DNA of 64,000 bases from Candidatus Micrarchaeota archaeon CG1_02_47_40 (GCA_001871475.1 MNVE01000016.1:133343-197342), one strand, 5' to 3'. Numbered from the stretch's first letter, positions 19,406 to 29,660 are shown. Numbers and translations are program-made. Notes: generated by a model from the letters alone, not told the origin.

Positions 19406-19867
19406 TCACTTCTTCCTTCTTTTCAGCATCTCCTGTATTTCTTTTTTAAACTGGTTTATGTCCCCAAAATCCCTGTAAACTGAAGCAAAGCGCACATACG
19501 CAACAGGGTCAAGCCGGTAGAGTTTTTTTGAAACAATCTCCCCTATGAATGTGCTTTTTACTTCTGTTTTTTCGCGCTTTAGCAAAGTTCGTTCAATTTC
19601 GTCTGTTAGCTTTTCTATTTTCTCAAGAGGGATGGGCCTTTTCTCGCATGCTTTTAATATTCCCCCTTTCAGCTTCCCCCGGTCAAACTTCTCCCTTCTC
19701 CCGTCTTTTTTTATTACGAAAAGCTCCACCATTTCCGCCCTTTCATAAGTGGTGAAGCGCTTTTTGCATTTCAGGCATTCCCTCCTCCTTCTTGTAATCT
19801 GCATCTCATCCGTATCCCGGGAGTCTATCACGGAGGTTTCGTCGTGGAAGCAATACGGGCATCGCAT
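19406..19867 (-). CDS. nrdR: Transcriptional repressor NrdR
   Basis: MRCPYC...VIDSR...RRRRECLKCKKRFTTYE Zn ribbon, VIKKDGRRE.FDR.KL ATP cone, and LDPVAYVRFASVYRDF. Confidence 0.95.
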   Translation of the reverse strand: MRCPYCFHDETSVIDSRDTDEMQITRRRRECLKCKKRFTTYERAEMVELFVIKKDGRREKFDRGKLKGGILKACEKRPIPLEKIEKLTDEIERTLLKREKTEVKSTFIGEIVSKKLYRLDPVAYVRFASVYRDFGDINQFKKEIQEMLKRRKK

Positions 19868-19935
19868 GTGCTAATAAGCCGTCTGAAGGTTTTTTATTCT
19901 TTGGCTGGGCAAGGGAGTGGAAGGAGGTGTGTTAG

Positions 19936-20124
19936 ATGGCTGCACCTGTTGAGGAAGGGAAGGAATACGAGGTTAGCGTGGATGCGCAGGGCTCGCGGGG
20001 GGATGGAATTGCGCATTTGGAGGGGTTCGTGATTTTTGTAAAGGGGGCAAAGGCAGGGGAGAAGGTGAAGGTGAAAATCGCCTCTGTAAAAAGGACGTTT
20101 GCTGTTGGAGAAGTGGTTAAGTAA
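19936..20124 (+). CDS. Single TRAM-domain RNA-binding protein
   Basis: APVEEG.EYEV......GDGIA..GFVIFV.GA..GEKVKVKI......FA.GEVV. Confidence 0.9.
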   Translation: MAAPVEEGKEYEVSVDAQGSRGDGIAHLEGFVIFVKGAKAGEKVKVKIASVKRTFAVGEVVK

Positions 20125-20176
20125 TCGGGAAAGACTTAGGGGAAATCGTAAAATGAGCTAGAGGAAGGTTTTTCAT

Positions 20177-21934
20177 ATGTGCGGAATAATCGGCTACGTT
20201 GGAAATCAGGATGCTTCCAAGATAATACTGGAAGGGCTGCGCACTCTTGAGTATAGAGGATATGATTCGGCAGGCATTGCTGTTTTAGGGGATGCTGGAA
20301 TAGAAATAAGGAAGGATGAAGGAAGGATAGAAGAGATAGATAAGAAAGTGAAATTCGGGAAGATGGGAGGAAATTTGGGGATAGGGCACACGAGATGGGC
20401 TACTCACGGAGTGCCAAGCAAGGCAAATGCACATCCGCATTCGGATTGCAAGGGGGAAATAGCGCTTATTCATAATGGAGTGATAGAGAATTACAGGAAG
20501 CTGAAAGAAGAACTGCTCAAAAAAGGGCATAAATTCACTTCCGAAACCGATTCGGAGGTGATTGCACACCTCATAGAGGAGGAGAAGGGAAAAACCTTTG
20601 AGGAGAGATTTCTTTCCGCACTGCAAAAATTGGAAGGCTCCTTTGCCATACTTGCAATTGCAAAGGGAGAAAAGAAAATATACGGGGCAAGAAGAAGCTC
20701 GCCGATGATTATTGGGGCGGGAAAAGAAGAGATGTTCATAGCATCCGACATACCCGCAATGCTCAAGCACACAAAGGAGTTCAAGGTTGTGGAGGAGGGG
20801 GAGATGGTTGTGCTTGGGAAGGGGGAATGCAGAATAATTGGAATTGATAATGGGAAGGAGAGGACGCGCAAAAGCTTTACAGTGAATTGGAGCGCGCAAA
20901 GCGCGAAAAAGGATGGGTATAAGCATTTCATGCTAAAGGAGATTAATGAGCAGCCAAAATGCGTGCGGGATGCTTTGGCATCGGATGTTTCTTCTGCGGC
21001 AAAACTTGTTGCTTCTTCGGATGATTTGCAGATGGTTGCATGCGGAAGCTCCTACCATTCTGCGCTTGTGTTTAAGCATTTAGTGCAGGCGGAATGCGGA
21101 AAAAAATGCGAAGTATGCATTGCTTCGGAGTATGCTTATTCTTCAGTAGTTGGCAAAAACACCTGCATTATAGCAATATCGCAGTCAGGGGAAACCGCAG
21201 ATACTATGAGTGCAGTGAGGTTTGCAAAGAAGAAAGGAGCGAGAGTGATAGGGATTACTAATGTGATTTCAAGCTCTCTTGCACGCGAGGCGGATGAATG
21301 CGTTTCCCTGAATGCAGGACCGGAAATTTCCGTGGTTGCCACGAAAACATTCATGGCGCAATTGGCAGTGCTTTACAAACTGGCTTATGAAATTGGCGGA
21401 AAAAAAGACATGATTGAAAAACTAAAGGATGTGTCGCACTCGATAGAGCTTGCCCTTACAAAGCAGGGGGAGATTGAGAAACTGGCGGAAAGTTTGCTCC
21501 AAAAGCAGAGCTTTTTCTACATAGGCAGGGGGCTTTTCTATCCGATTGCGCTTGAGGGCGCACTGAAGCTGAAAGAGATTACTTATTTGCATGCTGAAGG
21601 ATTTGCAGGCGGGGAGCTGAAGCACGGGCCGCTTTCATTGATAGAGAAAGGAGTGCCGGTGATTGCGCTTGCGCCGAATGATGAAACCGTGCACAAGATG
21701 ATTGGGAGCATAAAGGAGTGCAAAGCAAGGGGCGCGCACGTAATAAGCATAAGCGATTCGCAGGAAGTGAAAAAGGAAAGCGATGAATGCGTAATGGTTG
21801 ATGGAGTTGATGCTTCCCTTTTCCCATTCATCTCCATATGCGTTTTGCAGCTTCTTGCGTATTATATGGCTGCTAAGAAGGAGCTTGACCCGGACAAGCC
21901 GAGGAATCTTGCGAAGTCTGTGACGGTGGAGTGA
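20177..21934 (+). CDS. glmS: Glutamine-fructose-6-phosphate transaminase (isomerizing)
   Basis: MCGIIG, LEYRGYDSAG, GHTRWATHG, SQSGETAD, EGALKLKE, GELKHGP and terminal PRNLAKSVTVE. Confidence 0.97.
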   Translation: MCGIIGYVGNQDASKIILEGLRTLEYRGYDSAGIAVLGDAGIEIRKDEGRIEEIDKKVKFGKMGGNLGIGHTRWATHGVPSKANAHPHSDCKGEIALIHNGVIENYRKLKEELLKKGHKFTSETDSEVIAHLIEEEKGKTFEERFLSALQKLEGSFAILAIAKGEKKIYGARRSSPMIIGAGKEEMFIASDIPAMLKHTKEFKVVEEGEMVVLGKGECRIIGIDNGKERTRKSFTVNWSAQSAKKDGYKHFMLKEINEQPKCVRDALASDVSSAAKLVASSDDLQMVACGSSYHSALVFKHLVQAECGKKCEVCIASEYAYSSVVGKNTCIIAISQSGETADTMSAVRFAKKKGARVIGITNVISSSLAREADECVSLNAGPEISVVATKTFMAQLAVLYKLAYEIGGKKDMIEKLKDVSHSIELALTKQGEIEKLAESLLQKQSFFYIGRGLFYPIALEGALKLKEITYLHAEGFAGGELKHGPLSLIEKGVPVIALAPNDETVHKMIGSIKECKARGAHVISISDSQEVKKESDECVMVDGVDASLFPFISICVLQLLAYYMAAKKELDPDKPRNLAKSVTVE

Positions 21935-21980
21935 ATGGCTTGCAAATAGCTTTTTATATTGCTTCTCCGTATTGCAAACC

Positions 21981-22298
21981 ATGGTAAGCATAAGAAAAAC
22001 CCTCAAATGCTCCTGCGGCACCTACATGAATTTTACTTTTGAGGCGGATATGCCCATTGAGGATTTGACCGTTTCAGGCAAATGCCCCTCCTGCGGGAAA
22101 ACGGTGCAGATAAGCGTCGTTTCGATGGAAGGGGGAAGCGCTGCAGCAGGAGGAAGCGTACAGATCACTGGCACTGTTTCCGAAGCGCTGACGGAAGAGG
22201 GGAAGGGAACTGAAACGCTTGAGCTTGACAATGCGGATTATGAGAGCGTTTCAAATGAGAATGTGGAAAGCGCGCTGAATGAAATGTTTAATCAGTAG
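21981..22298 (+). CDS. Small Zn-ribbon protein with acidic tail
   Basis: CSCG and CPSCG pairs followed by an acidic C-terminus. Confidence 0.6.
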   Translation: MVSIRKTLKCSCGTYMNFTFEADMPIEDLTVSGKCPSCGKTVQISVVSMEGGSAAAGGSVQITGTVSEALTEEGKGTETLELDNADYESVSNENVESALNEMFNQ

Positions 22299-23082
22299 CT
22301 TCTTTCGCATATTTCAGCACTTCTTCAACCGATTTTATTATCTTCCCCGGCTTATACAAACCGCGTGCGCGGGAAGCGGAATGCTTGTCTGTTGAGCCGG
22401 TAAGCACGCAGAATGAGAATATTCCCAATTTATTGGAGGCAAGCATATCCGTATCCAGCCTGTCCCCTACAAAGGCAACCTCCCTTTTCTGAAAATCGTT
22501 CTCATCCAGTATATCTTCTATTAAGAAGGTTTGGGGCTTTCCTATAATTACTTCTGGGCGTTTTCCGCTTGCAGTTGCGGCTGCTTCCACCATTGCGCCT
22601 GCTCCGGGGGCAAAGCCATTCTCAAGCGGAAGAGTGGCATCCGTGTTGGTTGCAATAAAAAGAGCGCCATTTCGTATTGCGCTGGCGGCGTGCGCAAGCT
22701 TTTTGTAATCAAACTTCCTGTCAAGCCCCACAACAACCGCGTCTGCCTCTTCGCCTGTGCATATTCTCACTCCTGCCCCCCTTATCTCCCTTTTCAAGCC
22801 CGCCTCCCCCACAACAAACACTTTCCTTATTTTTTCCTGCACAAGATATTTCGCAGTTCCATAGGCAGAGGTATATATGTGTTTTTTCTTCGCATCTATT
22901 CCCATCGCCGCAAGTTTTTTTCTATACTGCCCCCTGGTCTTTGTGGCGTTGTTTGTAAGAAAGAAAATGCGGCAATTTCTCCTGCCAAGCTCGCAAAGCG
23001 CTTCTGCCGCCCCCCTAATGGGAGTGGAGCCGAGGTATAGCACCCCGTCTAAATCAAATATAAATGATGAAAATGTGCGCAT
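22288..23082 (-). CDS. HAD-superfamily subfamily IIA hydrolase (NagD-like)
   Basis: FDLDGVLY, LTNN, IATNTD, GKP and VGDRLDTD motifs. Confidence 0.9.
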   Translation of the reverse strand: MRTFSSFIFDLDGVLYLGSTPIRGAAEALCELGRRNCRIFFLTNNATKTRGQYRKKLAAMGIDAKKKHIYTSAYGTAKYLVQEKIRKVFVVGEAGLKREIRGAGVRICTGEEADAVVVGLDRKFDYKKLAHAASAIRNGALFIATNTDATLPLENGFAPGAGAMVEAAATASGKRPEVIIGKPQTFLIEDILDENDFQKREVAFVGDRLDTDMLASNKLGIFSFCVLTGSTDKHSASRARGLYKPGKIIKSVEEVLKYAKEATD

Positions 23083-23139
23083 GGCAAGGGACAAGATTGT
23101 GCTTTAGAGTTTATAAGTTTTCCTGCCCTAACTCTAAAT

Positions 23140-25134
23140 ATGGGATATGAAAATAAACTGATATGCTTCCTGTTTGCACTTTTGCTTTTTGCGGGTGCGG
23201 TTTGGCCGAATTTCATCTACAACAAGACAATAAACGGAACCGGCGCTGATTTTTCAGAAAAATATGATGTTTTTGAAAATCCTGTAGGGGTGGCTGTGAA
23301 GAACGGAACCGTTTACGTGATTGACTCTGACAGGAGCTACCTTTTCACCATGAGCGGAAATGCGATAGCTTACCGCGTTGGCGGGGAAGGAGCAGATATT
23401 TCAAGCCTCTCCTCTCCAAGGGGGTTTGCATTTGACGGGAATGACATAATAATAAGCGACAGCGGAAACAACAAGCTGAAGCGGCTGCGCTATGGCGCTG
23501 TAACAAGCTTCAACGTGCAGCTTGCAACGTCGTTTGATTCTCCGCGCGGCATCTCTTCTTACGGAAACTCCCTTTACATCGCGGACACCTCAAACGACCG
23601 CATTGTTGTTCTGAAAAAGGTGAATGATGCCTACCAGTTTGACTTTGTATTCGGAAGCAGCGGCTCCTCCGACGGGCAGTTCAATGCGCCTGCAAGCGTG
23701 TTCGCATACGATGGCAAGGTGTATGTGGCTGACAAATACAACAACAAGGTGCAGGTTTTCTCTTTAAACGGGACTTTTGAGCGGAGCATAGGCATAGGAA
23801 AGGGAGGAGTAACGCTTCTTTCTCCAAGCGGCGTTTATGTAAGTGATTTTGTATACGTTGCAGACAGCGGAAACAACCGGGTGGCAGTGTTCACAAAAAC
23901 AGGAGAGCCTGTTGAAACATTCGGCGGGCCTGCAGAAGCGGAGCACATGAAACGGTTTTCAAACCCGCAAGGGGTTTGGGTTGATTCGGGAATGCTCTAC
24001 GTTGCCGATTCTTACAAGGCTCGCGTTCAGGTATTCAAGATAAACATGAGCTCAACCAACGCGGAGGTTGAGGAAAAGATTGCCCAATTGAATGTGAAGC
24101 TTGCGGAAATTGCCTCGCTGGCTGCGTTTGCAAAAACAAATCTTGGCATTTCCACCCCTGCCTCGGCGCTTGCAACCTGCATTGACGGAGTTTCTGCAGT
24201 ATATGAGGAAATGGAATTCACGCAGGCGCTCTCAAAAGCACAAGAATGCAACGAAACGGCTGATAATGAGATTGCCGATATGAAGGCGGCAATCGTAACG
24301 GAAATCCAAAAGAGGATAGGGACGGCGCAAAGCCGGCTTGGCGGATTTGCAGATGAAAATCAAGCGCAGAAAAAAGCAGAGGTGCAGGCGCTTCTGAATT
24401 TGGCTTCTTCAAACGTAAGCGCGGGAAATTATGAAACAGCGCTTCTGAAAATAGGCGAGGCAGACAAGAAGATGGATGGGATGGGGCTTCCGGGAGGCAG
24501 CACGGAAGTGGAGGAGGAAGCTCCAACCGGAACGCAGGACGCGCAAATACTCCTTGCAAGCCTCAACGCCTTAAAAGGGCAGATTTCTTTCATAAAAGCT
24601 GAACTTTTCACTTACGGGATGTTTGATGCAGGAATTGAGAACGCACAGCTTGGCATTTCGCGTGCAGAGATATACATCAGCTCCTCGCAGGCGCAGAAGG
24701 CGGAGGCAGAGCTGAACTCCCTTGAGTCAGCGGTTGTATCTGCAAGAAAAAGCCTCAATGACAGAAAGGAAGCGGTTGCTAATGCAAGCGCGAAGATAAA
24801 TGAAACGGAAAAATACCTGCAGCAGTCGGATAGCGGCTTTTTAGTAACGCCCGACACATCAAGCGCGAAGGCGAGATTGGAGGAAGCAAAAGGGAAGCTT
24901 TACGCCGACCCCAAAGGCGCGGAAACGCTTGCGAAAGAAGCGCAGCTTCTTGCAGGGCAGGCGGAGAACGCGCTTACGCAGGTTAAGATAATTGTAGGTA
25001 TTGGAGTGCTGGCAGTGCTTGCCGGCATTGCGGTGTTTGCGCTCCTTGTCTGGTACGTCTTCAAAAAAAGGAAGGCGGCAAGGGGAAGAATCAATTCCGA
25101 GGAAAGAAAGTGGAAACCCGGGCTGAAAAGGTGA
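23140..25134 (+). CDS. Membrane-anchored surface protein: NHL beta-propeller, helical stalk, C-terminal TM
   Basis: Signal peptide, repeated P.G....YVADS.NNRV NHL units, Ala/Glu-rich helical region, TM followed by KKRK. Confidence 0.8.
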   Translation: MGYENKLICFLFALLLFAGAVWPNFIYNKTINGTGADFSEKYDVFENPVGVAVKNGTVYVIDSDRSYLFTMSGNAIAYRVGGEGADISSLSSPRGFAFDGNDIIISDSGNNKLKRLRYGAVTSFNVQLATSFDSPRGISSYGNSLYIADTSNDRIVVLKKVNDAYQFDFVFGSSGSSDGQFNAPASVFAYDGKVYVADKYNNKVQVFSLNGTFERSIGIGKGGVTLLSPSGVYVSDFVYVADSGNNRVAVFTKTGEPVETFGGPAEAEHMKRFSNPQGVWVDSGMLYVADSYKARVQVFKINMSSTNAEVEEKIAQLNVKLAEIASLAAFAKTNLGISTPASALATCIDGVSAVYEEMEFTQALSKAQECNETADNEIADMKAAIVTEIQKRIGTAQSRLGGFADENQAQKKAEVQALLNLASSNVSAGNYETALLKIGEADKKMDGMGLPGGSTEVEEEAPTGTQDAQILLASLNALKGQISFIKAELFTYGMFDAGIENAQLGISRAEIYISSSQAQKAEAELNSLESAVVSARKSLNDRKEAVANASAKINETEKYLQQSDSGFLVTPDTSSAKARLEEAKGKLYADPKGAETLAKEAQLLAGQAENALTQVKIIVGIGVLAVLAGIAVFALLVWYVFKKRKAARGRINSEERKWKPGLKR

Positions 25135-25139
25135 GTTAA

Positions 25140-26144
25140 ATGAAAAAAGTGATTATTGCTGTGCTGATTCTGGCATTCGTATTCGTGCTTGCAGGCTGCC
25201 TCTCGCGCGGCTGCACCTCGGACAAGAATTGCAAGGAATGGCAGCTGTGCGACATGGCAAAAAAGGCGTGCGTGCTGCGCGAAGGGTATTGCACTGCGGA
25301 AGCTGACTGCAATGACACGATGAAAACCTGCGATTTGGAAACCCACCTTTGCGATTACAAAAAAGACAAGTGCAGGACGGATGGGGACTGCGAGGCATGG
25401 CAGGCTTGCAGGGAAGGGGACAGCAGCTGCGTTCCGCGCCTGGGATTCTGCAACTCCGATACGATGTGCGATGGGAATTTTGAATACTGCTCCCCGCTAA
25501 AGCACAAATGCTCGCCCAAACCCGGCAACTGCCTTGACCAGTTTGACTGCGAATCCTGGCAGTTCTGCAACACGGAAGAAAAAAAATGCGCGCCCCTCTC
25601 GGGAAAATGCGCACTGGAAATAGACTGCAGAGGATGGCAGACATGCGATACGCAAAATCACACCTGTATATTGAGAGTGGGATTCTGCAATAACGATATT
25701 GACTGCCTTGACTGGCAGCAGTGCGACCAGACGCTCAAAAGATGCGTTGTGCGCCCCACAAACTGCGTTGATGACACTGCGTGCAAGGAATGGCAGGTAT
25801 GCAACCCGCAGACAAACAATTGCCAGGCAAAGAACGATTTCTGCGATGATAATGCGAACTGCGATTCCTGGGAGAACTGCGAGCCGAACACGCATTCGTG
25901 CATTCCAAGGGCGGGGTACTGCTCTGACAATTCCGTTTGCGCCCCCTGGCAGGTGTGCGATGGCACTTCTCATATGTGCGTTTTGCGCGGCGGCTACTGC
26001 GGAAAGAATTCAGATTGCAGCTACAATGAGAGGTGCGAGTTTTCAGCAGGCACAAGCCAGTACAGGTGCGTTTCAGCTGTGTGCGGAGGGGATGCGGACT
26101 GCCCCGGCTCAACCTGCGATATGGAAAGGCATGTGTGTAGATGA
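25140..26144 (+). CDS. Cys-rich repeat lipoprotein
   Basis: Lipobox-like VLAGC after a hydrophobic stretch, then about a dozen ~22-aa repeats G.C..D..C..WQ.CD.....C. Confidence 0.8.
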   Translation: MKKVIIAVLILAFVFVLAGCLSRGCTSDKNCKEWQLCDMAKKACVLREGYCTAEADCNDTMKTCDLETHLCDYKKDKCRTDGDCEAWQACREGDSSCVPRLGFCNSDTMCDGNFEYCSPLKHKCSPKPGNCLDQFDCESWQFCNTEEKKCAPLSGKCALEIDCRGWQTCDTQNHTCILRVGFCNNDIDCLDWQQCDQTLKRCVVRPTNCVDDTACKEWQVCNPQTNNCQAKNDFCDDNANCDSWENCEPNTHSCIPRAGYCSDNSVCAPWQVCDGTSHMCVLRGGYCGKNSDCSYNERCEFSAGTSQYRCVSAVCGGDADCPGSTCDMERHVCR

Positions 26145-26147
26145 AAA

Positions 26148-27464
26148 TCAGATAGACACAAACTCGCGTAAAAGTTTTTGTCCGTCTGTTGACACGTCAA
26201 AAAAAAGCCAGCGTATTTCAGGAGATGGAACATAATAACGCGCCCTGCCTTCAACTCTAGACAGCCTAATACAATTATATTGGCGAAGAGTCGTTATTGC
26301 GTTTGAGATATTTTGGGGCTTCATTCTCAGTGCTTCGGATATGAGTTTATTCGTCGTTTCTTTTTTGATGATTATTTGCCTTAAAACTTTTATTTCCGTT
26401 TGATTTAATTTTGAAACATACCGCTCCTCGGCAATTCTTCTTAAAGCCCGCCCCATTGGCACAGGAGTAAGTTTAATCGGCTTGTTCTCAACGCTTAGCG
26501 CGGTTATTGCTGTAGTAAGCGACTTAAGTATCGCCCTAACGTTGCCCGAATAAAGCTTGTAAAGCGTTTCGATTGCTTCGTCTGAGTAGGGTTTCTCCGA
26601 GGTCATTTTACCTCCTATTGACAATTCCTTGATTCGCTTGTCTAAGATGCTGCAGATATCCTGAAATGAGAAAGACTCCATGTGTACTGGAGGACCGTAG
26701 AAGATGTCATCAACACGGGGAACTTTTTGGAGCATATCCGAAACGGTCATATCTCCGACGAAAATGAAGTGGACCCCCTCGGTCTGCAAGAAATCCCGTA
26801 TTCCATTAAAGAGCTTGATAATATTTTTTTCATCTTTGTCGTTCAATAATTCAAGATTATTATAGTGAATGGTCATCCCAACATAACCTATTTTTTTGAG
26901 ATTTTCAACGATTTCCTTTAGCGTGTCTTTCATGACGAAACTGTTGAATGCGGGGGCACCGTAAGAGATGCCTTTCTCGCCGCCTACGCTTATTGTTGCG
27001 ACTCCGCCGCTAATTCCTTGGCTTGAGCCGCGATAAGTTCCAAAGTATACATCTAATTTTTCCAAAAATTCTTTGTCGAATTTATTTCGAATGCCCTTAA
27101 TGCGATTTATGCTTGTATAAACTGCTGAGAGGGTGACCTGCATAAAATCTTCCGAATTCCAGTCATGCTGAATCCCTATCTCCGCTATTGTTGTAAAGTG
27201 ATTCTTTTCGAATGCTAATGCCCGTACATAGTTCACGAATGTGGTTTTGCCTACGCCTATATTTCCATTCACAAGTATTCTGCTTTGGGAATTGTTGAGG
27301 ATAATGTTATTGATTTGTTTTATCTCTTTTTCTCTGCCGAAAAAAGTTTGTATGGATAACTCGCCTCCGAATGCCTGAAGAGGGTCTGGCGAGAAAGGAT
27401 TTCCCCTCAACCCGTAATTAGCCCATAAACCGTATTGTTCACATTCGTTAGTGTTTATAGCCAT
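26148..27464 (-). CDS. P-loop (AAA/STAND-like) ATPase with C-terminal winged HTH
   Basis: NPF..DP, FFGREKE, Walker A GNIGVGKTT, an atypical Walker B region (TIHYNNLE), SGNVR, and HTH ISEALRMKPQNISNAITTL. Confidence 0.75.
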   Translation of the reverse strand: MAINTNECEQYGLWANYGLRGNPFSPDPLQAFGGELSIQTFFGREKEIKQINNIILNNSQSRILVNGNIGVGKTTFVNYVRALAFEKNHFTTIAEIGIQHDWNSEDFMQVTLSAVYTSINRIKGIRNKFDKEFLEKLDVYFGTYRGSSQGISGGVATISVGGEKGISYGAPAFNSFVMKDTLKEIVENLKKIGYVGMTIHYNNLELLNDKDEKNIIKLFNGIRDFLQTEGVHFIFVGDMTVSDMLQKVPRVDDIFYGPPVHMESFSFQDICSILDKRIKELSIGGKMTSEKPYSDEAIETLYKLYSGNVRAILKSLTTAITALSVENKPIKLTPVPMGRALRRIAEERYVSKLNQTEIKVLRQIIIKKETTNKLISEALRMKPQNISNAITTLRQYNCIRLSRVEGRARYYVPSPEIRWLFFDVSTDGQKLLREFVSI

Positions 27465-27592
27465 AATTATCGCCTTTTGATATTATAATGGCAAATCTAT
27501 TTAAATCTTTCTTTTAACCATATGTATTGTAAAATAACATTATAATTGGTATAACCGTTTAATAAAATGAAATATGAATGCTCGTAAAAGTT

Positions 27593-28648
27593 TCATTCAG
27601 CAGGATAAGACCCCAGCACACGCAGTGATTCGGATATTCTCCTTATTTTTTTCAGCACCCTCTCCACCTTGGGCTCGCATTCGTGCCCCTCAAAATCAAC
27701 AAAGAAGAGGTATTCCCATTTCCTTCCCTTGTACGGGCGCGACTCCACCTTAAGCAGGTTTATCTTCTCCTTTGCAAACACCCCAAGAGTTTGGTAAAGT
27801 GTGCCTGGCTTGTGAGGCAGGGTGAATAAGAGGGAGGTTTTGTCTTTGCCTGTCTTTTGGCAGGGGCTCCTCCCAACGATTATAAACCTCGTTGTATTGT
27901 CCTCGTAATCGCCTATATTGCGCTTGAGCACTTCAAGACTGAAAAGCTCCGCCGCAAGCTCGCTCCCTATGCTCGCACTCTGCCTGTCCAGCTTCCTGCA
28001 GGCAGAAGCGGTGCTTGCACAATCCTGCGTTAGGAATTTGTTCCTTTCTATGAATTTTGAGCACTGCAAAAGCGCGTTTGGATGCGCGATGATTGTTTTC
28101 ACCCTGCTGTGCGCCACTCCTTTCTTCGCAAGCAGGCAGTGGCGTATGGGCAATACCAGCTCTCCGACAATGTATCCGTTTGCCCTGTACAGATTATCAA
28201 GGGTTTCCCCTACGCTGCCTCCGCTGGAGTTCTCCACAGGGACGATGATTAGGGACACTTCCCCCTCCTCAAAAGAGGCAAAAGCGGAAGAAATCGTCCT
28301 GTGCGAAATAAGCTCTGTATTTTGCCCGAAATAGCTTAATGCCGCTATGTGCGAATACGTGCCCTCGGGCCCCAAATAGCCGACACGCACCTTTTTTTGC
28401 AATCCCCTGCAGGCGGAGATGATTTGAGTGTAGATTGAGGCGACATCCCCCTTGGGCAGGAGTTTTGCCCTTGAGGAAACCTTCCTTATCACTTCCCGCT
28501 CGCGGGATGTTTGGATTACTTCGGTTTTCCCTGCCTCGCTTTTTTTCTTCCCTATCTCCTTTGCTGCTTTTGCGCGCTCATCCAAGAGAGAAACTACCTT
28601 CGCGTCTATTGCGTCTATCTTCTTTCTTTCCTTCTCAAGATTTTCCAT
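27593..28648 (-). CDS. pheA: Bifunctional chorismate mutase / prephenate dehydratase
   Basis: R..ID.ID..LL.ER CM domain, YLGPEGTYS, PVENS..GSV, NTTRF, and ACT domain ESRP...WEY.FFVD. Confidence 0.93.
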   Translation of the reverse strand: MENLEKERKKIDAIDAKVVSLLDERAKAAKEIGKKKSEAGKTEVIQTSREREVIRKVSSRAKLLPKGDVASIYTQIISACRGLQKKVRVGYLGPEGTYSHIAALSYFGQNTELISHRTISSAFASFEEGEVSLIIVPVENSSGGSVGETLDNLYRANGYIVGELVLPIRHCLLAKKGVAHSRVKTIIAHPNALLQCSKFIERNKFLTQDCASTASACRKLDRQSASIGSELAAELFSLEVLKRNIGDYEDNTTRFIIVGRSPCQKTGKDKTSLLFTLPHKPGTLYQTLGVFAKEKINLLKVESRPYKGRKWEYLFFVDFEGHECEPKVERVLKKIRRISESLRVLGSYPAE

Positions 28649-29660
28649 GCTTTTGCCCTCTTTTGCCGGCTTTTATTTTCCCTTCTGCCAGCATCCCGTC
28701 CAGTATCACGCAGGCGGCTGCCGCCCCCACTACCGGCGCGGCGCGCAGTGCAATGCAGGCATCATGCCTTCCTTCTATTTTTATTTTCGCATTCTTCTTC
28801 GTTTTCAGGTTCACGGTGTCCTGCTCTATTGCGATTGAGGCAGTGGGTTTTATTTTTACCGTAAATTCTATCGGCATTCCGGTTGAGATGCCCCCCAATA
28901 TTCCGCCTGAATTGTTTGGTCTGGCGCGCACATTCCCCTTCGCATCAAAGTAATACGCGTCGTTGTTTTGGGAGCCGTAATTTTTGGTTGAGCCGAATTC
29001 CACTCCTTTTACCGCAGGTATGCAAAACATCGCATGCGCCAGGAGCGCATCAAGCGCGCCAAAATGCGGTGTGCCTATCCCTGCAGGAACCCCCTCAATT
29101 CTGCAAAAAACCTCTCCGGAAACTGAATCCCCCTTTTCCTTTGCCTCCTGAATAATGAAAGCGAATTCTCTCTTTTCCCTGCTGCCGCCAACTCTTATTA
29201 TTTCCGAGGCGATGCTTATTCCCTTCTCAAAAAGCATTTTCTTTGCAAGCGCGCCTGCGACCATCCATCCCGCAGTAAGCCTTCCTGAAAAAATCCCCCC
29301 TCCCCGATAATCATTAAACCCCTTGTAGCGCACGTGCGCCGTATAATCAGCATGTGAGGGGCGGGGGGTGTCTTTTATTTTCTTATAAGGGGATGAATCA
29401 ACATCCTCATTCCTTATTATCGCGCAGATTGGCGCGCCGCTTGCGCGTCCCTGAAAGATGCCGGAGAGAAATTCCATCCCGTCTTTCTCATTTCTTCCTG
29501 TGGCAAGCCTGCTTGCGCCTGGCCTTCTCTTTTCAAGCTCTTTTTGTATTTCCCCTTCATTTATTTGCACTCCCGGGGGGCAGCCTTCTATGAGCACGCC
29601 TATGCATTTTCCGTGAGACTCCCCGAAAAGGGAGATGCGATAGTTTTTTCCAAGTGGCAT
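28635..29660 (-). CDS. aroC: Chorismate synthase
   Basis: FGESHG, RRPG, PRPSHAD, RGGG.FSGR.T, NNSGGILGGISTG, KPTASI and GRHDAC motifs. Confidence 0.95.
   Translation of the reverse strand: MPLGKNYRISLFGESHGKCIGVLIEGCPPGVQINEGEIQKELEKRRPGASRLATGRNEKDGMEFLSGIFQGRASGAPICAIIRNEDVDSSPYKKIKDTPRPSHADYTAHVRYKGFNDYRGGGIFSGRLTAGWMVAGALAKKMLFEKGISIASEIIRVGGSREKREFAFIIQEAKEKGDSVSGEVFCRIEGVPAGIGTPHFGALDALLAHAMFCIPAVKGVEFGSTKNYGSQNNDAYYFDAKGNVRARPNNSGGILGGISTGMPIEFTVKIKPTASIAIEQDTVNLKTKKNAKIKIEGRHDACIALRAAPVVGAAAACVILDGMLAEGKIKAGKRGQKHGKS

Noticed and set aside
20125-20176. glmS ribozyme
   Set aside because: Only ~50 bp are available upstream of glmS, far too short.
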